Assembly (NCBI RefSeq): GCF_001194135.2
Contig: NC_068999.1
Location: forward strand, 35,499,878 to 35,561,720
Reading direction: 5' to 3'
Origin: Octopus bimaculoides
Lineage: Eukaryota
Length of the DNA: 61,843 bases
Below the pieces are notes generated by a model, which did no database searches, was not told the DNA's origin, and saw only the letters and a program-made list of their open reading frames with translations. The translations under genes were made by a program, and so were the position numbers. This document shows, piece by piece, positions 28,261-38,196 of this stretch (position 1 is its first letter; every line of letters begins with the position of its first letter).

Positions 28261-28656
28261 TTAGCAAGGGCTAAACTATCTGCTCCCTGAAGAGGAAGGT
28301 TTGCCTTCACGACCCTTTCTAAGATTCTTCTAATGCTTGACAGAAGAAAGAAGGGAACAAAGCCCCTCCAGACCAGTGACCTAGCCTCCCAGCTTTTACA
28401 TTGGACTCCTCCAAAAGCGGTGGTGTCTAAACGGGAACGCATTAAGACTACCATCAAAAACACAGTTACAATACATCCGACAGGCTTCCACACAGTTTCC
28501 GTCAACCAAATTTCAATCAGAAGGGTTTAGTTGACCCGTGTCTGCTGTATAAGACCCTTGTGTCAACGTGCAGTATGGTGACAGTAACCAACCATTTCGA
28601 CCAGTTTTCAAGCGAACTTCTTAACAACGAAGCCAAGTCGTAATATGCTGCTGTTG

Positions 28657-28687
<31 letters not shown>

Positions 28688-29719
28688 AAACCGAGAAGAC
28701 TTCTGTTATGACCTTGTTTCTTTTGCCAACATGAAATAAGGAAATTAAGTGTAAGATGAAAATNNNNNNNNNNNNNNNNNNNNNNNNNNNNNNNNNNNNN
28801 NNNNNNNNNNNNNNNNNNNNNNNNNNNNNNNNNNNNNNNNNNNNNNNNNNNNNNNNNNNNNNNNNNNNNNNNNNNNNNNNNNNNNNNNNNNNNNNNNNNN
28901 NNNNNNNNNNNNNNGTCGTCGTCGTCGTCGTCGTTGTCATTGCTGCTGTAATCGTTGTAATCGTTGTTGTTGTTGTTTGGTCCATTTCGCAGCCCTGATC
29001 GAACAAGACATGATCAAAGCCGTTACAACCGTGACGAAATCATCTTTTTCGTTTTCTTTCTTTGTTTTTTTTTTCTTTTTTGTGGGGGTGGGGTTATCAG
29101 GATTATAGTAAGTGTCTGCTTTACATTTGATAAGGTGTGTTATTTAAAGAAGAGTTGGTTGTTATCTCTAGCAACCCAAGTGACTGTGTAGAAGCCTTAT
29201 CTCTGGCTGGTAGTTCAATTTTTGTTTGTTTAGAATTTGGTCAATCATTGTTGCGATGATCTGTAACAAAAAGCGTTCCGACCATGACCATATTTCAACG
29301 ACACATAAAGTTCTGTTTTTGGCTTGTGGTATTTCGTCCAGCTCTTTACTTTGTGTATACAAATCTCGCCGAATTTCTTTGTCATTCACTATTCCGGGGC
29401 CGATAAAACAATGTAACAGTCAAGAACTAGTGTTAACTTAATCGAGACATCCAGCCTTGTGCCTAAATTAGAAACAATGATTAATAAATAAAATAATAAT
29501 ATTCAAATATTAATTATACAGGCGCAGACGTAGCAATGTGTTAAGCAGTTTGCTTCTCAAACATACGTTGCCGGGTTCAGTCCCACCGCCTAGTATCTTT
29601 GACGAAATTCATATGAGTGGATTTGGGAGACGGAAAATGAAACAACCCTGTCAGTCAGTGATTGGTTGGTTGGTTGGATGGATGGATGGATGGATGGATG
29701 GATGGATGGATGAATGGAC

Positions 29720-30150
29720 CATACCCTTGAGAGTTCACACACTTTTGCCAGCAATTCTGCCTCTGCTGATAACATCTCTGGAAGACATTCAAATCCTTTT
29801 CCTTTCCAGCGTGGTTTTCAGTTTGGTGTGTTGTTCTTGACCAGAAAAGCATGAATTACGAGGTACATTCAAAATGTATCCAACTTCATTTTATCGCTGG
29901 CGTTCTCCGTATGTACAAATCCTCCATTAAAATGGAATGCACTGATCCTGTGCCCATTCCCACTTCGTGTGTAATTTCCTGGATTATTACACAACGCTCT
30001 TCCATGACTATTCCCCGAACCTTCTCAATCGGCACCTCGTTTCGGCTCGTGGATGGCCTACCAGAACGTGCCTCGCTCTCTACTGAGGTGTGGTCATGTT
30101 TGAATCGATTACACCACTCTTTGATCTGCGTTTTACTCATGGCATCATCG
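29720..30150 (-). mobile_element. Internally deleted mariner remnant
   Basis: HTH region MSKTQIKEWCNRFK..SVESEARSGRPSTSRNE joined to C-terminal [20 protein letters not shown]. Confidence 0.85.
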
Positions 30151-30257
30151 CCAAAGATCTGCTGAATCTTCTGGATAGTTTGAGCTTGAGTATCACTAAG
30201 TTTTTATCAAAACTTGATGCAATATATCTGCTCAGCGAGTAGCCTTTATCAATGTCC

Positions 30258-30294
30258 CTGAAGAGACCCAGACTGATGGGTTGAAACATATGTG
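30258..30294 (+). ncRNA. Degenerate hammerhead ribozyme motif
   Basis: CUGAAGA-GACCCA-GACUGA-UGGGUU-GAA-ACAUAUGU. Position 17 is G and no helix I partner is visible. Confidence 0.45.
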
Positions 30295-30812
30295 TTACCA
30301 AATAAAAGTCTAATACGAAATTCATCTTCTACTATTAACTAATACTATATATATATTGCTCTAGCATGGCCACAGTTAAATGACTGAAAAAAATAAAAGA
30401 ATAAGCGAATAAAAGAATATACATACGTGCACATATATAAAGCATAAAGTCAGTAAGTGTAAGAGGTAAAGCTAGAATTATTTTCCTATGTGATTACAGC
30501 CATTTCATAACCTTTATGTTGTATTAATATTATACACACGTTTCCATCAATCTTTGCTCATGTGTCCATGTGTTAGATACTAGTATTCAAACTAGTAGCT
30601 CCAGTTGTCTAAAGCAACTGGATTTGTTTTGTATATAAATACACTGTCTGCTTGTTTCTCTGAGATTGGTCAAGGATGTAGGTACCTATTATGACAACCC
30701 AATAAGTTTCAAAAATCTTATTAAAAGCTACTCACCATTTTTCCCAGTCTATGGAGAAATGTGCAACAAGGTGGAAAAAAGAGTACTCAAATACCAGAGG
30801 TAGAGTAATATG

Positions 30813-30950
30813 CTTTATTTAAAAGCAGCAGAAATATAACAAAAAAACCGTTACTCTGAGTTTCACGTTCCCGAAAACTGTCCGATGAACGGGAACGTGA
30901 AACTCAGAGTAACGGTTTTTTTGTTATATTTCTGCTGCTTTTAAATAAAG
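30813..30950. repeat. Perfect inverted repeat, 61-bp arms and 16-nt spacer
   Basis: 30813-30873 is the exact reverse complement of 30890-30950. The right arm abuts an N gap. Confidence 0.9.
30874..30919 (+). ncRNA. Type I minimal hammerhead ribozyme with CCGAUGA (U4C) core
   Basis: Helix I AAAACUGU/ACGGUUUU; core CCGAUGA; helix II ACG-GGAA-CGU; GAA; helix III ACUC-A-GAGU; GUA cleavage triplet, with a predicted cut after 30911. Confidence 0.7.
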
Positions 30951-31548
30951 NNNNNNNNNNNNNNNNNNNNNNNNNNNNNNNNNNNNNNNNNNNNNNNNNN
31001 NNNNNNNNNNNNNNNNNNNNNNNNNNNNNNNNNNNNNNNNNNNNNNNNNNNNNNNNNNNNNNNNNNNNNNNNNNNNNNNNNNNNNNNNNNNNNNNNNNNN
31101 NNNNNNNNNNNNNNNNNNNNNNNNNNNNNNNNNNNNNNNNNNNNNNNNNNNNNNNNNNNNNNNNNNNNNNNNNNNNNNNNNNNNNNNNNNNNNNNNNNNN
31201 NNNNNNNNNNNNNNNNNNNNNNNNNNNNNNNNNNNNNNNNNNNNNNNNNNNNNNNNNNNNNNNNNNNNNNNNNNNNNNNNNNNNNNNNNNNNNNNNNNNN
31301 NNNNNNNNNNNNNNNNNNNNNNNNNNNNNNNNNNNNNNNNNNNNNNNNNNNNNNNNNNNNNNNNNNNNNNNNNNNNNNNNNNNNNNNNNNNNNNNNNNNN
31401 NNNNNNNNNNNNNNNNNNNNNNNNNNNNNNNNNNNNNNNNNNNNNNNNNNNNNNNNNNNNNNNNNNNNNNNNNNNNNNNNNNNNNNNNNNNNNNNNNNNN
31501 NNNNNNNNNNNNNNNNNNNNNNNNNNNNNNNNNNNNNNNNNNNNNNNN

Positions 31549-31624
<76 letters not shown>

Positions 31625-32064
31625 TGTCATTGGGTGAAGAAGGAAGTGTGGGTGGTGAAAAAGGAAGAAAGGAAAAGAATGGAATGAAGGAAGGAAAATA
31701 AAATAAAATAATAAAATTAAAGAAGGGCTTAAAGGGGGATTAGAGGATAAATACAATAGGGTGGTTCTTCCACGCTGTAACAGAAATTATGCATCTATAC
31801 ATGTTTCTATATACATTCATGTGTGTGTGTAACCTCTGTCAAAATTCTTCAGTCATAACTTGCCTATTGACTGCGTGAGCACACAAGCGAAACTCCAGAG
31901 CAACACGAGACCGACTCGACTAAAATAAATATGCTATTAATATCTACTGTGGTACTGAGTACTATTGCTTCCGACAGTCATCACAAAATGTTGATGATAA
32001 AAGACAAACATAAATATATATACATACATTCAAATGTACATATGTCTTTGTCTATCAAATATAA

Positions 32065-32095
<31 letters not shown>

Positions 32096-33096
32096 CCCAC
32101 AAACACACATACATACACACACAATAAGCTTCCGCGGAGTTTCAAAAATACGGTGTGTCCAAAGTGTTGTTTAACTTGATGCTACACTAGAAAAATCATG
32201 GCCAGAGTACTGCACAGTGGGATCGAAATCGAATTTTTTAACGACATGCAGCCTTGCCTGCAGTTAATATCTTTTGAACTAACAATGGAAGAAGCTTCCG
32301 TGCGGTCGCCTGGCCTTCTGAAAATAATCATACAGTTTACCTTCTTTAGTATATAAAAAATTCAAGGTCATATTTGTACAACCACAATATCATCAGCAGG
32401 CACCCCTCACATGTTGACCTTTGATTTCCTTTATCTGCAGGCCCCTTAGCTTAATACGATTACACCCTTTCATGCACTGATTCAATGAGTTAATCTGGTT
32501 GAATAACGGATAGGAATAGTATGATAACCGTGCATTTCGAATTCACGACCTTCAGGTTACACATATTAGCACCTTAACCACACAGCCACAGTAAAACAAA
32601 AGCATAATAAACCCATTATCAGTTCTAGGTGTGTCAGGGACTCTATTCTTATGAAGAAACAACAGCCCGTGTTGCGTAATTATAGCACGGATTATTACAA
32701 AGTCATCAACACATTATTATATGGTGAGTATATACAAAACTTAGTGAATGCATGAGTATTACTGATTTCTATCTTTCATTGATGAGGATATAACACCGAA
32801 ACCTGTGCAGAATCTCAATATAGTTCATTAATATTGAGTTGGCAGTATCGTTAACCAGGAAAAATGCTTAGCGGCATTTCGTTCGTCTTTATGTTTTGAG
32901 TTCAAATTACGCCGAGGTCAACTTTGCTTTTTATCCTTTTGGGGTTAATAAAATAAGTACCAATTGAGCACTAGCATGCTACAGTTTCCCCGTATCAGCT
33001 TTTTGTCTGTCTTCATGCTCAGGTGTGAATATAAAGCCTTAAATGCTACTGTTCATAGATAACCCAAGTTATAAGAAAAGAGGGAGCAACAGTATG

Positions 33097-33513
33097 TCTA
33101 CAATAATGTATAATAATAAACGCGAAATTCTGTTTGTCCGTCTGAACCCCTGTATCTCAGTCTACATTTGCTCTACATCGACACATTATACCTTTTTGGA
33201 ATCAGGATGATCCCGGGACTGGAGATCTACCCTTTATTTCGTTCTTGAATGTCCAGCTTGGGATTAGGTCTGAATGAGGATTTGTTATATGTTAACAGCT
33301 GAAAATTCAAATTTTAAGAGAACTCCAAAAATTTGTGAGCTTACAAGTATTTTCCTTTAAACTGAATTTAAAGTAATACCATATTGGTAGGGTACCGATA
33401 AATGCTTTATTATTATTGCTCTCTTTAGTTTTCGACCGCAGATCCAATTAACCCTCCACGGGAGCTAGCTTAAAAGTCAGTCCAAACGGAGTTCGGTTTG
33501 TAATATCTGCTAG
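33097..33513 (+). mobile_element. Probable non-autonomous Helitron
   Basis: 5' TCTAC..ATAATAATAAA start and a 3' hairpin CAAAC..GTTTG about 10 nt before the terminal CTAG. Confidence 0.45.
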
Positions 33514-33527
33514 CATTGGTAGATCAA

Positions 33528-33795
33528 TGATAACAACGTTTCACCAATCTTTCTTTGAGGAAATAACTTTGCCAGGACATAAAGAAAATCCTTATATTTT
33601 TAACGGTAATTTCAATGCTATATTCATGCAGTTTTTCTACAAAGACAGAGGAAAATTAAGTTGATAACAACGTTTCACCAATCTTTCTTTGAGGAAATAA
33701 CTTTGCCAGGACATAAAGAAAATCCTTATATTTTTAACGGTAATTTCAATGCTATATTCATGCAGTTTTTCTACAAAGACAGAGGCAAATTAAGT
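33528..33795 (+). repeat. Near-perfect 134-bp tandem duplication
   Basis: TGATAACAACGTTTCACC...AAATTAAGT begins at 33528 and again at 33662. Confidence 0.9.
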
Positions 33796-33949
33796 TGAAT
33801 TTATACTCTAGCACACTCACCTACCCACCTGCCTATGCCTTTCGCTTCGTTTCTCTCTTTATTCTATCATGCTCACCTTGTACTTTGACCGCATACATCT
33901 TTGTCTTCTTTTGTCTGTCTGTCTGTCTCTCTTTCTTTCTTTCTTTCTT

Positions 33950-33994
<45 letters not shown>

Positions 33995-34004
33995 NNNNNN
34001 NNNN

Positions 34005-34051
<47 letters not shown>

Positions 34052-34584
34052 GATAGACAATCATTTGTTCACCTCTTCAGCAAGACCTCTGCCCACCTTC
34101 CTCTCGCATACTTTCACACCCTTCAATATAAGGCGGACGTAAAAAATGTCCTTTCTTTTTTTTACTGAATCGCCCATTTTCGTGTACGGAGATTTTGATT
34201 CTGCAAAAAAAAAAAAAAAAACGCATTATCCCTCCACCCCACTCCAATTCTTCAATTTTCACGTATTGATGGTGGTGATGATGATAATATCCGTCACTTG
34301 AGTGTGTTTTTAAATTAGTGCCCATTTGTTGTGTGCAAGATTTGAATGGTCTTTTAAATATAGTCACCCGAGTGTATGTTTTCCTTCAAAAAGAAGCCTT
34401 CACACAAGCTACGATACATCTTAAATACTCAGATAGAATTAATGATTATTCTTCCAAACATTTAGAGCGAAAATATCTTCGTTTTCATATGTGAGACCAA
34501 TCGTTTGGAACGAAAATATTATCTTCGCTTTCAGATGTGAGACTTAATCATTTCAGAACAACAATATTAATAATGATTATACGG

Positions 34585-34815
34585 TGTGTTGTGTTCTTGA
34601 GCAAGACACTTTATTTCATGTTGCTCCAGTTCACTCAGCTGTAGAAATGAGTTGCGACGTTACTGGTGCCTTTCTCTTGGATAACATCAATGGTGTAGAG
34701 AGGAGATGTTGGTATGCATGGGCGACTGCTGATCTACCATAAACAACCTTGCCCGGACTTGTGTCCCAGAGGAGAACTTTCTAATAGGAATCCCATGGTC
34801 AATGAATGACCGAAC
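34585..34815 (+). mobile_element. SINE family C, headless copy
   Basis: Collinear with 22110-22300. Confidence 0.75.
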
Positions 34816-35079
34816 GGTGTCTTATACGATTTCAAAATACAATCTAATAGTATAGTTTGAAATTAAGGCAACATGCAAATGTAGATAATATTTGAAAGGA
34901 AGCAAGAAATGAATGTTCAATGCAGTACATAGAAGCTGATCCCTGTCTAGTAACTACGTTTGGTTGTATTCTTTATGACACAAGATACGTTTTAAGATAT
35001 ATGTGTCTAGAAATTTGTTGCGTGTTTAATATTAGATTAGGTTCAAATACATCAGTATATGAAAAAACAATTCCATTTG

Positions 35080-35520
35080 TTTTCCTTCTGTATGAATGTC
35101 AGAGCTGGACTCTTACAGCTGACATGGAGCGAAGAATCCAGGCATTTGGGCACAAGTGCTTAATAAGGTTATTACATATCCCGTACATGGAGCACAAAAC
35201 AAACAGCAGGTCGACAAATACACTGGCAGACAGGAACTACTCCTTGCGCAGGTAAACAGAAGGCAACTTGCCTGGTACAGTCATGTATCCTGCCACAATA
35301 CCCAGTCCAAAACCATTCTTCATGGCATTGGTGAAGGAGGCTGAAAGAGAGGCAGAGAGAGAGAGAAAAAATGCTGGTTTGACAACATTAAGGACTGAAC
35401 TGATTACAACATAATGAACTTACTACGCAGGACAGAGAACAGAGACGAGTCGCCACGGTTAACTACTAAAGCGTCTGGAGTGGCACCCCAACAACTGGCT
35501 GCATCAGTTAAGAAATCTTG
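35080..35520 (+). mobile_element. RTE-like LINE 3' fragment
   Basis: LYECQSWTLTADMERRIQAFGHKC..EHKTN, RRQLAWYSHV, SKTILHG and CWFDNIKD match the RTE C-terminal pattern. Confidence 0.85.
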
Positions 35521-35934
35521 ATGGCGATGACATCAGTTCTGTATTTAATCAAAGATTAGCTTTAAAATACACTTTTGTCTTTCATCCAACATTAATTTTA
35601 ACATACATGTGTTCTTCGCTTAATGCATTGCTTAACCCAAGCTTGATTTTAGCATGTATGCTGTGTTATGTGTTTAAGCCATGATTAGTTTTCACATAAT
35701 TTTTTCATATGTCAAATCTTAGGTAACTTTTAAAATGCATATCTTATGTGTGTATTTTACATCAGTTTTAACATAGATGTATTCTGTATGTTTAATCTAT
35801 ATTTGCGTCTTCCAAACTCACCCTCAGACAGAATAAAAGGCTCGGTACAAAGAGATTTTTTTTGTTCTTATGTATAAATGTGCAGATTTTTCACATTTAA
35901 ATGCATAAAATTTGTTTTAAATGTTTTATGTGAA

Positions 35935-36340
35935 GGCACTGGAATGGCTGTGTGGTAAGTAGCTTGCTTACCAACCATATGGTTCCGGGTTCATTCCCAC
36001 TGCGTGGCAACTCGGGCGAGTGTCTTCTGCTATAGCCTCGGGCCGACTAAAGCCTTGTGAGTGGATTTGGTAGACGGAAACTGAAAGAAGCCTGTCGTAT
36101 ATATGTATATATGTGTGTGTGTGTATATGCTTGTGTGTCTGTGTTTGTCCTCCAAACATCGCTTGACAACCGATCGTAGTGTGTTTACGTCCCCGTAACT
36201 TAGCGGTTCGGCAAAAGAGACCGATAGAATAAGTACTAGACTTCCAAAGAATAAGTCCTGGGGTCAATTTGCTCGACTAAAGGCGGTGCTCCAGCATGGC
36301 TGCAGTCAAATGAGTGAAACAAGTAAAAGAGTAAAAGAAG
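35935..36340 (+). mobile_element. tRNA-derived SINE family A, full-length
   Basis: A/B boxes TGGTAAG and GGTTCATTCCC, an internal (TA/TG)n and a tail CTCCAGCATGG..GTAAAAGA. Other copies at about 3275-3705+, 9120-9495-, 17560-17915-, 29520-29655+, 42430-42570+, 45790-46007-, 47675-48080+, 52151-52287+, 53025-53462+, 55428-55890+ and 58807-59230+. Confidence 0.9.
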
Positions 36341-37047
36341 CAACACAACACTAAATTGACAATTATGCAAGTTAAAGAGAAAATAAATTGAATTTTTTAA
36401 ATATCCCAATTGTTTAAAAACAGCTTATCAAGGTGTGAATCATTCGATAAAACATTAATAAACATCGGNNNNNNNNNNNNNNNNNNNNNNNNNNNNNNNN
36501 NNNNNNNNNNNNNNNNNNNNNNNTGAGGGTATGTGGAGGGGAGGGGAGGGGGGGGAAGAGGATGGGGAAAAGAAGAGGAGGGGAGGAGAAGAGAAGGGGA
36601 AGAAGAAGAGAAGGGGAAGAAGAAGAGAAGGGGAGAAGAAGAGAAAGGGAAGAAGAAGAGGGGAGGAAAGAAGAGGAGGTAGATGAGGGTGAGGAAAAGG
36701 AAGACGAGGCGGGGAAGAGGAGGGGATGAAGGGGAGGAGAGGAGGAAGATGAGGCAACGCCTCATCACTTACTGTCTGCCTAAGAGACAGCAAATAGCAG
36801 CCAAATATCTCTACTGTCTTAAAAAAAGATCATACAGGATAATGTAGTCCTTGATACACAGTGCCTGAAAAACTACGGAATGGTTATGACTGAAATGCTT
36901 TAACTTCGCCCTGAATAACATAAAATAGCACAAAGGAAACAAACCTTTGTCTCGTAATTGGGACAGATATTATTTGAACTGTCCCAGACAGCCGAATATA
37001 TCTGGCCAGCAAGAAATTCAGCTTTGGCACCAGTTTATGATAGAAAA

Positions 37048-37085
37048 TATAACAGTGAGTTATCTGCCCGTGACCAGTCACGTGA
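37048..37085 (+). promoter_or_regulatory. Putative Pol II core promoter of the kinase
   Basis: TATAA at 37048-37052, CAGT initiator-like motif at 37075-37078 (27 nt later) and an overlapping GTCACGTGA E-box at 37077-37085. The ATG follows at 37114. Confidence 0.45.
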
Positions 37086-37113
37086 TTTAAACAAAAGTGA
37101 GCTGCTCAGAAAG

Positions 37114-38196
37114 ATGGCCAAGATTCAAAGATTAGCGGCGAAAGTGTATACGCATGCAAAATTGTTTCCACCTGGTGAGGTTTTAAGATCAAATGATGGA
37201 CATACAGAATTTTTGCTTGGAAAACTAGTCGGAACCGGCGGTTTTGGTTTAATTTACGATGTCATACGCGTTGAGAGTGAAACAGATGAGGAATATGTTG
37301 CTAAAATCGAACCAATCGCTAATGGCCCTCTCTTTAACGAATTTCATATATTGCAAAAACTTGGTCATCGGAAAACTATGGCTGATTATGCAAGAAATAA
37401 AGATTTGACACGTCATCTTGCGATACCGCAATTTGTAGCGGGAGGAATCCACGATTTCCAAGGGAAGAAATATCGATTCATAATTCTACCGAAATTCGGA
37501 GATGATCTGCGTAAAATATTTCAACGCTATGGATTTTTTCCGAATAAACGTTCAGTATATCTTATCGCAATTCAAATGCTAGACGCTCTAGAATATATCC
37601 ATCAACACGGCTATGTTCACGCTGATATAAAGGCGGGTAATATCTTGTTAGAAAGTAACAAATCAGTTAAAATTAAAAAAACAACTAAAGGATATTACCC
37701 GGTGATAGACAGGTTGTATCTGATAGATTATGGCTTGGCTGCGAAATATATCCAGAATAATAAACATAAGCCTTATTGTGAAGCTAGCAGAAAGGCTCAC
37801 CAAGGAACGTTGTTTTATACCAGCATAGATGCTCATAAAGGAGTAGCACAATCTCGAAGAGGGGACTTACAGAATCTAGGATTCTGTCTTCTTGAATGGC
37901 TTACGGGTAGTTTGCCTTGGAGAAAAAAAACAATTAAAGACAAAGTGAAAAAAAGCAAAGAGTTATTGATGTCCAGACTTTCCCGAGTTTCTGATGAATA
38001 TTTAAAAACCTATTTCAAATATGTTACCACTATGCGCTACGAAGAAAAACCAAATTATGAAGAATTGCGACTTTTATTCAATAAGGCTGTGAAGGGTATC
38101 GACATAACTGAAAAGAATGCAAGTACTATTTCCGAGAGAAAACGGAAACAATCACCTCTAAATCCAGTTTCAAAAAGAGCTAAGTATGATTGTTAA
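37114..38196 (+). CDS. Intronless VRK-family (vaccinia-related kinase / poxvirus B1-like, CK1 group) Ser/Thr kinase, 360 aa
   Basis: Uninterrupted ORF with Gly-loop GTGGFG, VAKIEPxxNGPLFNE, catalytic HADIKAGN, VRK-type DYG, HQGTLFYTSIDAH, SRRGDL, LPW and EKPNYEEL. The first ATG is at 37114 in a good Kozak context (AAGATGG); the track start at 36958 is a TTG. Orthology to VRK1 is not established. Confidence 0.92.
   Translation: MAKIQRLAAKVYTHAKLFPPGEVLRSNDGHTEFLLGKLVGTGGFGLIYDVIRVESETDEEYVAKIEPIANGPLFNEFHILQKLGHRKTMADYARNKDLTRHLAIPQFVAGGIHDFQGKKYRFIILPKFGDDLRKIFQRYGFFPNKRSVYLIAIQMLDALEYIHQHGYVHADIKAGNILLESNKSVKIKKTTKGYYPVIDRLYLIDYGLAAKYIQNNKHKPYCEASRKAHQGTLFYTSIDAHKGVAQSRRGDLQNLGFCLLEWLTGSLPWRKKTIKDKVKKSKELLMSRLSRVSDEYLKTYFKYVTTMRYEEKPNYEELRLLFNKAVKGIDITEKNASTISERKRKQSPLNPVSKRAKYDC

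Noticed and set aside
28176-28276. Duplicated GTATTTAGCAAGGGCTAA around a 10-N gap
   Set aside because: Typical unmerged contig overlap artefact.
28290-28320. CTGAAGA-GGAAGG-TTTG-CCTTC hairpin
   Set aside because: It lacks GAAA and helices I and III.
32779-32807. TTGATGA..CCGAAACCTGTG hammerhead-like remnant
   Set aside because: The core, helix II and cleavage site are all degenerate. It is counted only as a remnant, not called as a feature.
36958-37113. 52-aa N-terminal extension of the kinase ORF
   Set aside because: It starts at TTG, has no kinase-like content and overlaps the promoter motifs. ATG 37114 is preferred.
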